A DNA stretch of 64,000 bases. Source: a virus. Below, one piece after another: positions 49,782 through 60,400 of the stretch; the stretch's first letter is position 1, and each line of letters begins with the position of its first letter. Made by a program: the position numbers and the translations under genes. Where the stretch lies: IMG/VR virus record IMGVR_UViG_3300035698_017497, positions 1 to 64,000 of that record, one strand, 5' to 3'. The notes beneath the pieces are model-generated. The model saw only the letters and a program-made list of their open reading frames with translations, searched no databases and was not told the DNA's origin.

Positions 49782-52433
49782 TCAACCGCATCCGCCTGTA
49801 GACTCCTCGCAGCTTGGGCAGTACTCGCATTTTCCAGTACGTATCAGCATGGTCCCACATGCTGGACACATATTCCCAGAATATGTAGTTCCAACCTTAT
49901 CATTAATAGGCTCTTTCTCAACCCTGGTACCATTGCTGTGTACAGGCTTATTGATTAGTCCCATTTCATAAAGCTTCTCCTCAGAGTATATCGTGTGAGC
50001 AATTTTCCTCACGACAAATGCAGGAAGGCTAGGTGCAGATCTGACATCCTCGTCATCAGTGAATCCCTGCGGATCAAATTTCATGAACGCAAAGTCATTG
50101 ATGAGCTTATCGATAGGAACTCCGTATTGAAGACAGTACGAAAACATTCTTGCAATAGTGTCAAGCAGTCCGCTAATGGTAGACCCAAACTTGTCAAGAG
50201 AGATCCATAGCTCGCATAGATCGCGCTTTCCGTTTTTATCCGGATCATAGTACCCTAAGTGTATCCAGCCCTTAACCCCATTAAGTTTGAAGGCAAGACG
50301 CTCAGTGTAACACTTCTTCGGAACATTACGCCTTTGTCCTCTTAGTAATGTTCCCGGGATTATACTTGACGCTTCTTCAACAAGTTTTTTAGTCTTCTCA
50401 TCAACCTTGTTTAGAACCTGAATACCCTTACATCCGTCACGGTAAACAGTGACTCCCTTCAGTCCACTTTCCCATGCAGAGATATACACTGTGGATATAT
50501 CTTCAACGGTAGCCTCGTTAGGCAAGTTGAATGTTTTCGATATAGCTCCACTGATATATTTCTGAGCAGATACAGTAACATTCATATGATCTTCCCACGA
50601 TAAACAATATTTCCCTACCGCAGTACGAAATAGATCAGCTGAATTTCCAGGCATTTTATCAAGAAAGTTATCAATGTCACGACCAAGTGAATACTGCTCG
50701 TCTCTTTCCCATCCAGCGTCTCTCAAAGCTTCTTGATATGTCTCTGGTATAAGATATTCGCCTCCACCGCCAACAAGTTTCTTGAAAGATATTGGCATAA
50801 AGTAAGGCTCAATACTTGGAGAGTCAGCACCCATTGCAAATGAGGTAGTGCCGGTAGGTGCTATCAATGTAACCTGGGCGTTTCTGTATCTTATACCTCT
50901 AGAATGTGTAAGAGTATCTTTCAGCTCATTGACAAAATCGATACACTCTTCGATATTGTACATTCCAATACCAAGGACTTCATCGTAGGCAATCTCGCAT
51001 GTCTCATTAAAATTAACAGAGTGAAACGTTATCTGCTTCTTAACTTCCTTTATGACACCTTTTGATAAATTAGTCCCAACTCTTTTTGCTAGAATCGAAC
51101 TCATATCATATGCAGAGAACGTTATAGTAGACATGATTATTTCTGTCAAAACACAGCTAGCAAGAGATCCGTAAGGCATTCCAAGCTTGATAAATACATT
51201 TGCAAGATTGGCTATCCCAAGACCAAGGCTTCTATACTTAGCAGCATTCTCACGAAATCTTGGGTCTGGGTAAGATGCATGATCGCAAATTAAATCCATT
51301 GCGATGGTCATAATCTTTGCATCGCTACTCAATAGCTGCACATTAATCTTTCCATCTTTAAGATACTTTGCCAGATTATGAGCTGCAAGGTTACAACTAA
51401 ACCATGGTGGAGCAGTATACTCGCCACATGGATTAGTGGATTCGATAATTAGCCCATCAGCCTTCATAGGATTGTGCATATTCATAGTATCTCTAAACTG
51501 TATTCCAGGATCCCCACACTCCCATGCAGCTTTAGCAATTTCTTTCATTAATGATTTTGCGTCATATGTATGGATTTTTTTTCCGAACCTGTCGTAAGTG
51601 TAGGTTTTTCCACCATCAACAACTGCGCCCATGAAATCGTCACCAACCATAACGCTATTATTAGCATTTTGAAATTGAAGTTTTGAGAAGACTCCAGTGT
51701 CCATATCATTGCTAAATCCAGACTTAAGAAGAGCTTTCCCTTTAAGCTCCTCTTCTACTTTACAAGTGATAAATCCAGCAGATCCATTTTTCTGAACTAA
51801 GATATCCGGATGCTCAACGTTAAGCGCACGTATAGCAGCAGCTCGCCTTGTTGTGCCTCCAGATTTAGTCGCGCTAGATACTCCATCGAATGCTCCGATA
51901 AATGGTATTGGACCAGAAGAGAATCCTCCACCTGACAACGTGTCGTAAGAAGACCGAAGCTTCATATTACATCCAGCTCCAGATCCACCCTTGTAAATCA
52001 TTCCCTCAATTTTCATATTGTCAAGTATTCCATCCATAGTATCTTCGATACCTAAAATGAAACATGCGCTACACTGAGGATCGTCAACCACACCCATATT
52101 AAATAGCACCGGGCTATTAAATTGAGCTCTCTGATTCACAAGTATCTCAGTTAGTGTGCGAGCGTATTCGTTTGCAGCTGATGGAGATGTGAAATATCCT
52201 TCGTGCTCTTTTCCCCAACCAGTAATAGTAGTCACGATTCTCTGAACTATACTCTTGAATGATGTTTCCCTTACTCCATTAACCTTTCTTAGGTATTTAT
52301 CAGCAACTATAGATATTGAAGTGTAATCCCACCCGGCTGGAAACTCTGCTACAAACTCTTCTCCCTGAACTTTTACATGGTATCCTCTCCATTCAATTGC
52401 AGAAAACACTTTAGTAAATATTTTTTCGTACAC
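49782..52433 (-). CDS. nrdJ: class II (adenosylcobalamin-dependent) ribonucleotide reductase
   Basis: FNSP, QCSACFI, GGTTRRAA, TNPCGE, SCNL, IAPTGT, SGAISKT, KGVTVYRDG; C-terminal TSCPD-like domain and CxxC tail. Confidence 0.93.
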   Translation of the reverse strand: MYEKIFTKVFSAIEWRGYHVKVQGEEFVAEFPAGWDYTSISIVADKYLRKVNGVRETSFKSIVQRIVTTITGWGKEHEGYFTSPSAANEYARTLTEILVNQRAQFNSPVLFNMGVVDDPQCSACFILGIEDTMDGILDNMKIEGMIYKGGSGAGCNMKLRSSYDTLSGGGFSSGPIPFIGAFDGVSSATKSGGTTRRAAAIRALNVEHPDILVQKNGSAGFITCKVEEELKGKALLKSGFSNDMDTGVFSKLQFQNANNSVMVGDDFMGAVVDGGKTYTYDRFGKKIHTYDAKSLMKEIAKAAWECGDPGIQFRDTMNMHNPMKADGLIIESTNPCGEYTAPPWFSCNLAAHNLAKYLKDGKINVQLLSSDAKIMTIAMDLICDHASYPDPRFRENAAKYRSLGLGIANLANVFIKLGMPYGSLASCVLTEIIMSTITFSAYDMSSILAKRVGTNLSKGVIKEVKKQITFHSVNFNETCEIAYDEVLGIGMYNIEECIDFVNELKDTLTHSRGIRYRNAQVTLIAPTGTTSFAMGADSPSIEPYFMPISFKKLVGGGGEYLIPETYQEALRDAGWERDEQYSLGRDIDNFLDKMPGNSADLFRTAVGKYCLSWEDHMNVTVSAQKYISGAISKTFNLPNEATVEDISTVYISAWESGLKGVTVYRDGCKGIQVLNKVDEKTKKLVEEASSIIPGTLLRGQRRNVPKKCYTERLAFKLNGVKGWIHLGYYDPDKNGKRDLCELWISLDKFGSTISGLLDTIARMFSYCLQYGVPIDKLINDFAFMKFDPQGFTDDEDVRSAPSLPAFVVRKIAHTIYSEEKLYEMGLINKPVHSNGTRVEKEPINDKVGTTYSGNMCPACGTMLIRTGKCEYCPSCEESTGGCG

Positions 52434-52640
52434 TATAAAGCCTCCGTTTGGTTTTATTTAAAAAAGAAGTTAATTATTTTTTTTTCATCAGATTACTTAA
52501 TATTGTTATTGGGGCTTGCGCTGTAAGAAATGCTTCCGGATTCTCTTACAGTAGTAGCTGCTTACTTATAGCTTAAAAAGGAAGACGAAGCGTCTACCAT
52601 TATACTAACATATGTAGTATAGTTTATGTAATCTGTAAGA

Positions 52641-52868
52641 TCAATCTTGATTTTTGGATTGTTCTGAAGTATCTATTTTTGTGTCACTAAATTGTAGAAT
52701 TTTTTCATCTTTAATATATTCGAATAATGCTATAATGGTAATGTCAGCATCTTTACTATTAACATTCTCATCTTTCTTATTACTGCCAAATATCTTACTA
52801 AAATTATCACGATATTTACCAGATACATGAAGTGTTATATCTTGTCCCTTGCCAGCTTCACCTGCCAT
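52641..52868 (-). CDS. hypothetical protein
   Basis: GGAGG RBS; AGKG...YRDNF.KIFG. Confidence 0.6.
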   Translation of the reverse strand: MAGEAGKGQDITLHVSGKYRDNFSKIFGSNKKDENVNSKDADITIIALFEYIKDEKILQFSDTKIDTSEQSKNQD

Positions 52869-52965
52869 AATTACCTCCTAGTATAAAAAAACCCGAACGG
52901 GTATAATGCATCCGGCTATCCATCGAAACGCACCCGTTCGGGTATATATTTAAAGTTGAAGACAT

Positions 52966-53331
52966 CTATTCTTTAGATATTAATTTCTCAACTTTTTCCT
53001 GTAGCACTTCTATTAGCTCGGGTATTGTAAGGATAACAATTGGGTTTTCGGTTTTGATATAGACATTGTATTCCAGATTGAGAAGATTGTCTTTATCGAT
53101 AATGCCGATCTCAACTGTTCCGCTGGCGAATTCATCTTTAAGAATTTCTCTTAGAAGCGAATACAACTCATCGTCTTTAACCTTATCACTTGTAAAGTGC
53201 ACCTCTCCGGTTTCGACCTGATCTCTCCATACCTGTCTACCAATGACATCCTCAAGAGACACGCTATGGTATGTAATACCAGGTCTACGTAGAGCATGCG
53301 TAACTACCCGTTTTGCGTTATCCGTGTTCAA
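52966..53331 (-). CDS. hypothetical protein
   Basis: GGAGG RBS; 121 aa. Confidence 0.6.
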   Translation of the reverse strand: MNTDNAKRVVTHALRRPGITYHSVSLEDVIGRQVWRDQVETGEVHFTSDKVKDDELYSLLREILKDEFASGTVEIGIIDKDNLLNLEYNVYIKTENPIVILTIPELIEVLQEKVEKLISKE

Positions 53332-53345
53332 TTCAATACCTCCAG

Positions 53346-53543
53346 TTAAAAGAATAATTCCGACAATTCATCATCAACACCAGACCCATAATAATAATCA
53401 TTAGGTTCTTCATCAAGCTCGCTGTCTATTTGCCCATTTCTGTTTCCTACATCGGCATCACAGAAAGAATCATATGCAGCATTCGAACTCGCTGATTCTA
53501 TAGATTCATCCTCGTTATATTGAGTATAGGTATCTAGTGCCAT
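53346..53543 (-). CDS. small acidic protein
   Basis: 65 aa, D/E-rich. Confidence 0.5.
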   Translation of the reverse strand: MALDTYTQYNEDESIESASSNAAYDSFCDADVGNRNGQIDSELDEEPNDYYYGSGVDDELSELFF

Positions 53544-53546
53544 TTT

Positions 53547-54275
53547 TTATATCCATTCCCCATTACTATAAACGCACATTTCCTGTTCGCCAATAGCTAT
53601 TCCAGGTTTTCCTGAAACTATGGGACTTGTGATCCATTCACCATTCTCTGCCAACGCAAGGTAAGAATTGCCACTAAGACTAGCCTTCGCCAATTCAAGT
53701 GTTGGGAACGAGTGCTTAACTTTGAACTCTCTACCGTTCTTCGATATAGAGAATCCATACAGTTCATACTTAGACTTCGTAGACCCAGGGCGATATCCAT
53801 TTGATTTACCACCTGGCACTGATGGGTTTTGTTTTCTCTCACTCGACACTGGAACAGGAGGCACGACGCCGCCAGCAAAACTTTTATTGTCATCAACATC
53901 AGACACAGATACTTCTGAGACTTTTCTCTCGCCGACTATTACCGGTGACCCTATAGGTTTTACTACCTCTAGGCCAAATTCGTTTTTGGAATATTCTTCT
54001 TCTGCGATAACGTCTGAATTCTCAGCCTCTGCAGGTTCTAGTGACGGTGACTGATTAGAATTGTTACCATACTCAACAGCGTACTCAGGTAGCATACCTG
54101 ACGCTGTATTATCTTCACTAAGTTGAATATCATTATCTTCAGTCAAGTCTACTTCTGCGTAGCTTTCAAGTTCTGATGCGTGATCTATAGCCTCAGACAC
54201 ATCGACTATGTCGTCTGATACAGAGGCCACTACTTGGGTTTCTGGCTTTTTCAATTCAGGCATTATCATCTCCAT
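53547..54275 (-). CDS. acidic hypothetical protein
   Basis: 242 aa; disordered N-terminus. Confidence 0.6.
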   Translation of the reverse strand: MEMIMPELKKPETQVVASVSDDIVDVSEAIDHASELESYAEVDLTEDNDIQLSEDNTASGMLPEYAVEYGNNSNQSPSLEPAEAENSDVIAEEEYSKNEFGLEVVKPIGSPVIVGERKVSEVSVSDVDDNKSFAGGVVPPVPVSSERKQNPSVPGGKSNGYRPGSTKSKYELYGFSISKNGREFKVKHSFPTLELAKASLSGNSYLALAENGEWITSPIVSGKPGIAIGEQEMCVYSNGEWI

Positions 54276-54348
54276 ATAGGTTTAAATTTTCCGTTGTAAA
54301 TAATATATCTAATTGTATTATGTGATACAATGTTTATGCAATTTTTTT

Positions 54349-54915
54349 TTAAATTACAAAATCGTACAATTCTCCATATTTAAATATAAATTCCTTGGCA
54401 GTGATCTCGTCATCGAAAATAACTACATTGTGATTGTCTAAAGTTTTCACATTACAACCGATGCCTTTATTATCTTTAGTCAGTATCATTGCTGCGTTTT
54501 TAACCATCCAATTATACGCTTCGCTATAAGCGTCATTTGAAGATGATTCTCTGAAATCAGATCTCGGGCTACATAAAAAGCTTACACTTCCGTCATCACC
54601 ATTAACGTCTGGATCGTTTTTTATATATTTACTAAGATCTATATCTTCAACTTCGGTGTGATTGATGGTACTGCCACAATCTTCATCGGTAGAAGATTCT
54701 CTAATAGCTATACCAGCATTGGCATGCATTACAGCTTCGCGAATCTTTTCTAAAACTACCAGCTTCTCCGAGCAATTTGGCATCAGCGGAAATACTGTTT
54801 TTGCAAATTCAAGCCCAGCATTCCTTATTTCAGAATACCGGTACACCTGGTCGCCAACTGGCGCATGGTATGAAAATATGTTCTTGATCTCGTCTTCATC
54901 GTATTCGTATTGCAT
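54349..54915 (-). CDS. Acb2/Tad1-like helical-hairpin domain protein (putative immune-signal sponge) with C-terminal extension
   Basis: IFSYHAP...RY..IR...FA......P...EK......REAVMHANAGIA matches the FxYHxP...EEAVMWANAxIA family pattern. Confidence 0.6.
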   Translation of the reverse strand: MQYEYDEDEIKNIFSYHAPVGDQVYRYSEIRNAGLEFAKTVFPLMPNCSEKLVVLEKIREAVMHANAGIAIRESSTDEDCGSTINHTEVEDIDLSKYIKNDPDVNGDDGSVSFLCSPRSDFRESSSNDAYSEAYNWMVKNAAMILTKDNKGIGCNVKTLDNHNVVIFDDEITAKEFIFKYGELYDFVI

Positions 54916-54928
54916 AATTCTTCTCCTA

Positions 54929-55306
54929 TTATAGAATAGCGTTAATGTTGCCGGTGCTGAACGTTAATTTGTTTAATTCAATATTAATAGTTCTCTTTAT
55001 GCCTTCATCAAGTGATTTAGAGCATTCTTCCAAATGTATACATTCTGAATTTTCACATACCCATTCTTCACCTCTGAAACAGATATTATTTGATTCCGTT
55101 TTTTCCTGAAGACCACAATAATCTTTGAAATTATATGTGCATGTTTTACACGATCCTATCATTTTATCGGAACATATCTTGCACGGTAAATTGCAATAAT
55201 TTTTAATTATCCAATTATCAAGTACCAATCCGTACATCATACTTACAGTAAACACGTAAATAGTACATATCGACACTACCACAATTATGCCTGTAACTAT
55301 ACCCAT
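54929..55306 (-). CDS. membrane-anchored Cys-rich protein
   Basis: N-terminal TM segment; several CxxC. Confidence 0.55.
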   Translation of the reverse strand: MGIVTGIIVVVSICTIYVFTVSMMYGLVLDNWIIKNYCNLPCKICSDKMIGSCKTCTYNFKDYCGLQEKTESNNICFRGEEWVCENSECIHLEECSKSLDEGIKRTINIELNKLTFSTGNINAIL

Positions 55307-56186
55307 ACCTTACTCCATTCTGATTATTCTGTAATTAATAAATAGCTATCTGCTTAATACATCACACAATTCTTTTTAAGAAAATCGATCATACTATTAA
55401 TCGCACGGTATGCTAGCGTGCCACCTACGTGTAGGTTATTATGCCTTTTCTCGATTTAATCTAGTTAATTTTTCATAATATAATCCTTGGTAGAAAATTT
55501 GAAATTGCGAACTTTACATAAAATATAGTTAATGCTTGCATTATTATTATTCCAGTTTAAGCGGTTAAATAGCAAAAAATCTATTTAACATTACTTAACA
55601 TTTCTTAACGTGTTACTTTAAGTGACCTATGTATATCGTTTTACTGTATAGGCTTACAACTTTTTTATCTTCTATTTAAGCGCTTAAATTTAAAGTATCG
55701 GTTTAGGTGAGACACTCTACATCGTTATAAATCAAAGAGTTAATGCACATTTTCATGGCAACTAAAGCTACACTTTAACCGAACGCTAATACCGCCTTTG
55801 AGATCAACGACTTAACTCGTATGGCAAGGTTATTGCTAAAAACTTCATATATTCTTCTTTATTTATATAATATATAATATATATAAGTATATACTATTAC
55901 TATATATAGAGAGGTTGGTTGATGTTAGTGTGTTGCTCATTATTGTGTTTTACTGTGGACAAAATGCATGACTTTTACTTTTTGAGTTTGAAAAAATAAA
56001 AGTTAAAAAAAAGAGAAGGCTTTTTTCTTCTACAGTAAGGGGGCCCTGTTTTGGAGTGTTAACTTCCAAATGACCACACTCAAGTATGATAACACATTGA
56101 TTAAAAGAAAGTTACATGGAGCGAACTATAGTAAAGTGGTATATAGCTCCACTCTACTGCTGTAATATTGATATGGTTTAATCATA

Positions 56187-56199
56187 TCACTATTATTAT
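56187..56199 (-). promoter_or_regulatory. putative promoter motif ATAATAATAGTGA (copy 4)
   Basis: exact 13-mer; here preceded by TGAT, giving TG-A-TATAAT. Confidence 0.6.
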
Positions 56200-56297
56200 A
56201 TCATAAACTATACTGTAATAACATTAAATAAATTTGACATATAATATATGCCACGATTATTTTATAGCCATAGTAATCATTTAAAGAAAGGGTCAGT

Positions 56298-57062
56298 ATG
56301 CCGATGTTCGAATTGGACGAGAGTATGGATGAGGTGAGTAAGGTTAAGGATATCAACACATCAAGAGAGAAGATTGATTTCGTGCCACCGTCACAAGGTG
56401 CACCAAGATCACCTATTAAAATAAAACCAAAAGGTCCAGTGTCTATTGAAGAACAGGAAGATTTAGCATCAAAAGTTAATAGCGCATTCCAGTCATCATC
56501 AAAGAGTGACACCGAAATGCTCATAGAAGATGTGCAGCTCACAGAGTTCGAGCAAAGCGTTGTAGAGCAGATTCTGTTCGAGGGTTACGCTGAGTATGAT
56601 ATTGACTTAGGATGGAAGGGACGTAAGGTAACGGCCGTCACAGTGACACCTGCAGACTTTGAGCTTGGTGAGCATATGATCAGAAAGTACCTTGAGTCTA
56701 AAAAGGACGAGTCAGGCGAGTATCAAGTATCCGAATCGCTACTATCTTCTAGGAGAAATATATATAATTTTGCATTGTCAATTGTCGGTCTTGATGGCAA
56801 AGACTTATCAGATGTGAGGGGCTATCAATTAAAAGTCCTCAAAGCAGCATTTAAAAAGGCTGAGACATTTCTGGATGATGGCGAAATTGAGAAGTACGAT
56901 AATATTATGAAGTCAATAGAAGCTGGAGTTAACTTTAGGTCAAGATACATTCGTCAAGAATGGAGTACTATACTCACAGATCTTATCACATTAAAAAAAG
57001 GTGAATTTGAAGACAGGGTGTACAATGCACTCAGAAGAGAGGGCGCCATCCCAAAATCCTAA
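56298..57062 (+). CDS. tail assembly chaperone (gpG-like)
   Basis: upstream of the tape measure gene; ends in slippery C CCA AAA. Confidence 0.7.
   Translation: MPMFELDESMDEVSKVKDINTSREKIDFVPPSQGAPRSPIKIKPKGPVSIEEQEDLASKVNSAFQSSSKSDTEMLIEDVQLTEFEQSVVEQILFEGYAEYDIDLGWKGRKVTAVTVTPADFELGEHMIRKYLESKKDESGEYQVSESLLSSRRNIYNFALSIVGLDGKDLSDVRGYQLKVLKAAFKKAETFLDDGEIEKYDNIMKSIEAGVNFRSRYIRQEWSTILTDLITLKKGEFEDRVYNALRREGAIPKS
57050..57056 (+). other. -1 programmed ribosomal frameshift site
   Basis: heptamer C CCA AAA; the -1 frame is open and in frame with ORF 57086..57370. Confidence 0.75.
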
Positions 57063-57085
57063 CCCTGGCAGACAACATTGCTCGC

Positions 57086-57370
57086 ATGGAGCTACTTGCC
57101 AGGGGTATTCAATATCCGTACAGATCGAATAAAGAGAGATTTGCAATTAATTCGATTAAAAGAGATTGGGGTATAAGATATACTTCGACCTTGTTGGGTA
57201 TTGCAGCTATATCAGATTCTTCAGCCGAAGAGCATCGTGAATCATTGATGGGTATGCTATATCCACAAATGGCACATCTTAAACATGATCGTGCTAAACG
57301 CTTTGAGAATATGTTTTCAAAACTAAGAGAAATGGGACCAATTACTATCAGACCATCAAAAGGCGTGTAG
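57086..57370 (+). CDS. tail chaperone frameshift extension (gpT-like)
   Basis: reached by the -1 shift; no obvious RBS of its own. Confidence 0.65.
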   Translation: MELLARGIQYPYRSNKERFAINSIKRDWGIRYTSTLLGIAAISDSSAEEHRESLMGMLYPQMAHLKHDRAKRFENMFSKLREMGPITIRPSKGV

Positions 57371-57440
57371 ATTAGCACGCCTTTAATTATATTTTATATA
57401 TAGTACATAATATAATGCAACCTATACGGATTTAAAAAAT

Positions 57441-60400
57441 ATGCCAAATCCACAAAATAGAATGGCTGGTTACGGACCGATTTCTGGTAGACCTGAGAGT
57501 TCTGCTGGAGCTCAGTATTTTGGAAATAGTATTGTTGGCGATGGAGATATCTACTATGCAGACATGATGCATCAGCAGAAAATAAACCAGTATCACCAGC
57601 AAAAATTACAGTCAAGTAGAATGCCGGCACAGGTTCTTTCTAAGCTGGCTGGAGATCCATCATACTCATACAATACTCCTGGAGCGTATCAAAATTATCA
57701 GTACGCTGAGAAGACTAGGCTTCAGCAGTCTAGGTTAATTACTGGTGGCGCAATAGCTAAGACTGCTACAAGTTTAGCTACTTGGGGAGCTGCAGAAGCT
57801 GCTGTTTCAGCATCCAGTATTGGTGGAGCTGCTGGAATGTCTGCTGGTATTTTTTCTGCAGCAGGTGTAGCAGGGTTGGCTGCAACTACTGCGATTGCAT
57901 TGCCGGCAGCAGCAGCGTTAGGTTATGGCATAGACAAATCTGTAAAAAGCAGGATGAGATTACAGGCAATAAAAAGTGATACATTTTCATATAGGAACCA
58001 GATTGGACTGTTAAGATCATTATCAAAATATTCAGATGCTGCAGGCAGCGAGATTTACAATGAGATAGAGTCGTCAACTGGACGTGGCAAGGATTCGTTC
58101 TTTGGTAAAGAGGAGCAGGCTAGAATTTATAAAATGGCAACAGCTAGCGGAATGCTTACTGCAACAAAAAAAGGCTCAGTAGATTCTGGCACTATAAAGC
58201 AATATAGTAAGAACTTTAAAGACATGAAGGAAGCCACCGAGGAAATCGTTAAATTGATGGGTACTACGATTGAAGGCGGGATGTCTATTATAAATGAGAT
58301 GAAGAATTCTGGTTTTGGAAATATAAATCAGATAACTAATCAGGTTAGAGCCGCAAAGGCTATGGGTGATGTTACCGGTGTTGGCACTCAAAATATGCTT
58401 AACATAGCAGCCGCAGGAGCTCAAGCAACTCAAGGGACTCCATACTCATCGCAGCTAGGAGCCAATTCTTACATGTACTCTGCTACGCAAGCAGGCGTAA
58501 TGGCTAGATATGGAGATCAAGGACAGCAGCGCGCAGTTGCTAACGTAGGTGGGGTTGCAGCAGCTGGAGATATAATGGCTAGGGCACAAATGAATCTCAT
58601 GTCTTCTGATATGGGAACTAAGGTTATGTCAGCCATGATGAATTCCGAGGGTGGCATAGATCCAGAAAAAGCCAAAAGAGTTATGGACGGCAAGACAAGC
58701 GCGTACGATATAGTTGCAATGTCTAACAATACAGGTTATAGTATGGGCAGCAAGAAAGCTATGATAAATGAATTTAAGTCAGATTTTGCTAATAATATGG
58801 GTAAATATAATATTTCACCAGACCAGATTATGCAAAAATCTTTCGAGGCTTGGAGATCTCAGTACAGTTATGCTGGCGACAAAGAGGCTGCATATGCATT
58901 TGCTGAAAAATTCACCAACGGAGATCAGGCTGCGACGTCTCTTTTGTATAAGCAAATATACGGCAGTAAGGGCTATATGACTATGAATAGAGCCTCTAAG
59001 TTAGCAGAGGGCCAAGGCACTATACGGAATAGAAAAACTAAAAACGTGTTCTCGGCAGTATTTGATAAAACACTAAATGTTCCTTTAACAATAGCTGGGG
59101 GCGCATTAGTAACGGGAGCAGTCGGAGCACTTGATACATTTTCTGGTATGGGTAAAGATATTGGCAAAGGGTTCTTAAATTTAAATGATGCGGTTATAAG
59201 AGGATTTGGCGGAACTGTTGAGCGTACTAGCTTTGGAGACCCAAATTCTGCATTGAAAAGAATGTATAATGCTGATGGATTTGGTATGACTAATGAAGAA
59301 ATCGAGATTGCAAAAACTGGTGCTTCTGAAATGAGATCTCAATATATGAGTGAGAAGGCTTCTCTTAATACAAATAAGTCTAAGACTACCCGTGCGCACT
59401 TATTAAAGAGTATAGTAAATGGCGAAGTATACACTATGGTAAATGGAAGAAGATCTCAGAAGCTTTCAATAGAAGCTCTGGCTGAGTATAAAAATAGAGG
59501 AGATATATTAGCTGGAAATCTAAAAGAGCTTAGTAGGGGCGATACTGATCGAGCCATGACTGGAACTATATTCTCTTTACTGTCAAAGGGTGATGTTGAC
59601 ATTACTGGAAAAGAGACTTTTTCAGAAAAAGCAAGATATAATTTGATGAATATTGACGCTGCACTTGGTGGGATCGATGGAAAATCATCAGCAGCTTTGC
59701 AAAGATTCAAGCAGCAAGGATCAAAGACAAGATTTGACAACTATGCTGCAATTGGGTCTATTTTACAAGACAGGAATGCTGAGCTCCAAAAGACTAGTAT
59801 AGTTGTATCAAATTATACTGGGTGGCTTGTCGGGGCTGGGCTTAAAACCCAAAAACAGCAGTCTGATTTTTTTGCAAAAAAACAAGCTGGAGCATCAACA
59901 TCTGAGGCTTTAAGAAGCGCGCAAGGCAAAATGGGTATGTGGGACGCATTTAAGTATAAATATACAGGAGGATTAGGTTTATATGCAAAAGCAATAGACG
60001 CTGTAAGTGGAGTAGACGAAGTAAGAGAGTATAGATCTAACGTGATGGGTGTATCATCTTCAAGACTTATGTCTGAAGCGTCGTCATCGGTAGCCTCAAT
60101 GGAGCTAACCACTAATCAAGCTGGTGTCGAAATATCTAAAGATGCTAAAGCAAGCTATGAGTCAATTTTAACAAAGTCGTTTAAGCCTATAACATCCAAA
60201 GATGGCAGAGTTATAAAAACTGCTGATCAAGCAGCTGTTGACTTCTTCACAGGTGTAGAGTCTAAAAAGTATCTTAAGACAATAACTGGCGCAACTTCTG
60301 GCTGGCTAAATAAGAAGCTATTGAGCGTCAAGGGTGTCGAGTCGGCATTTACCACACTCAACAACATTCTTGAAAATAGCGCACCTGCCGCATTTAATAA

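Noticed and set aside
47493-49801. Short plus-strand ORFs 47493..47690 and 49616..49801
   Set aside because: No RBS; they overlap hairpins, a terminator and the promoter motif; likely spurious.
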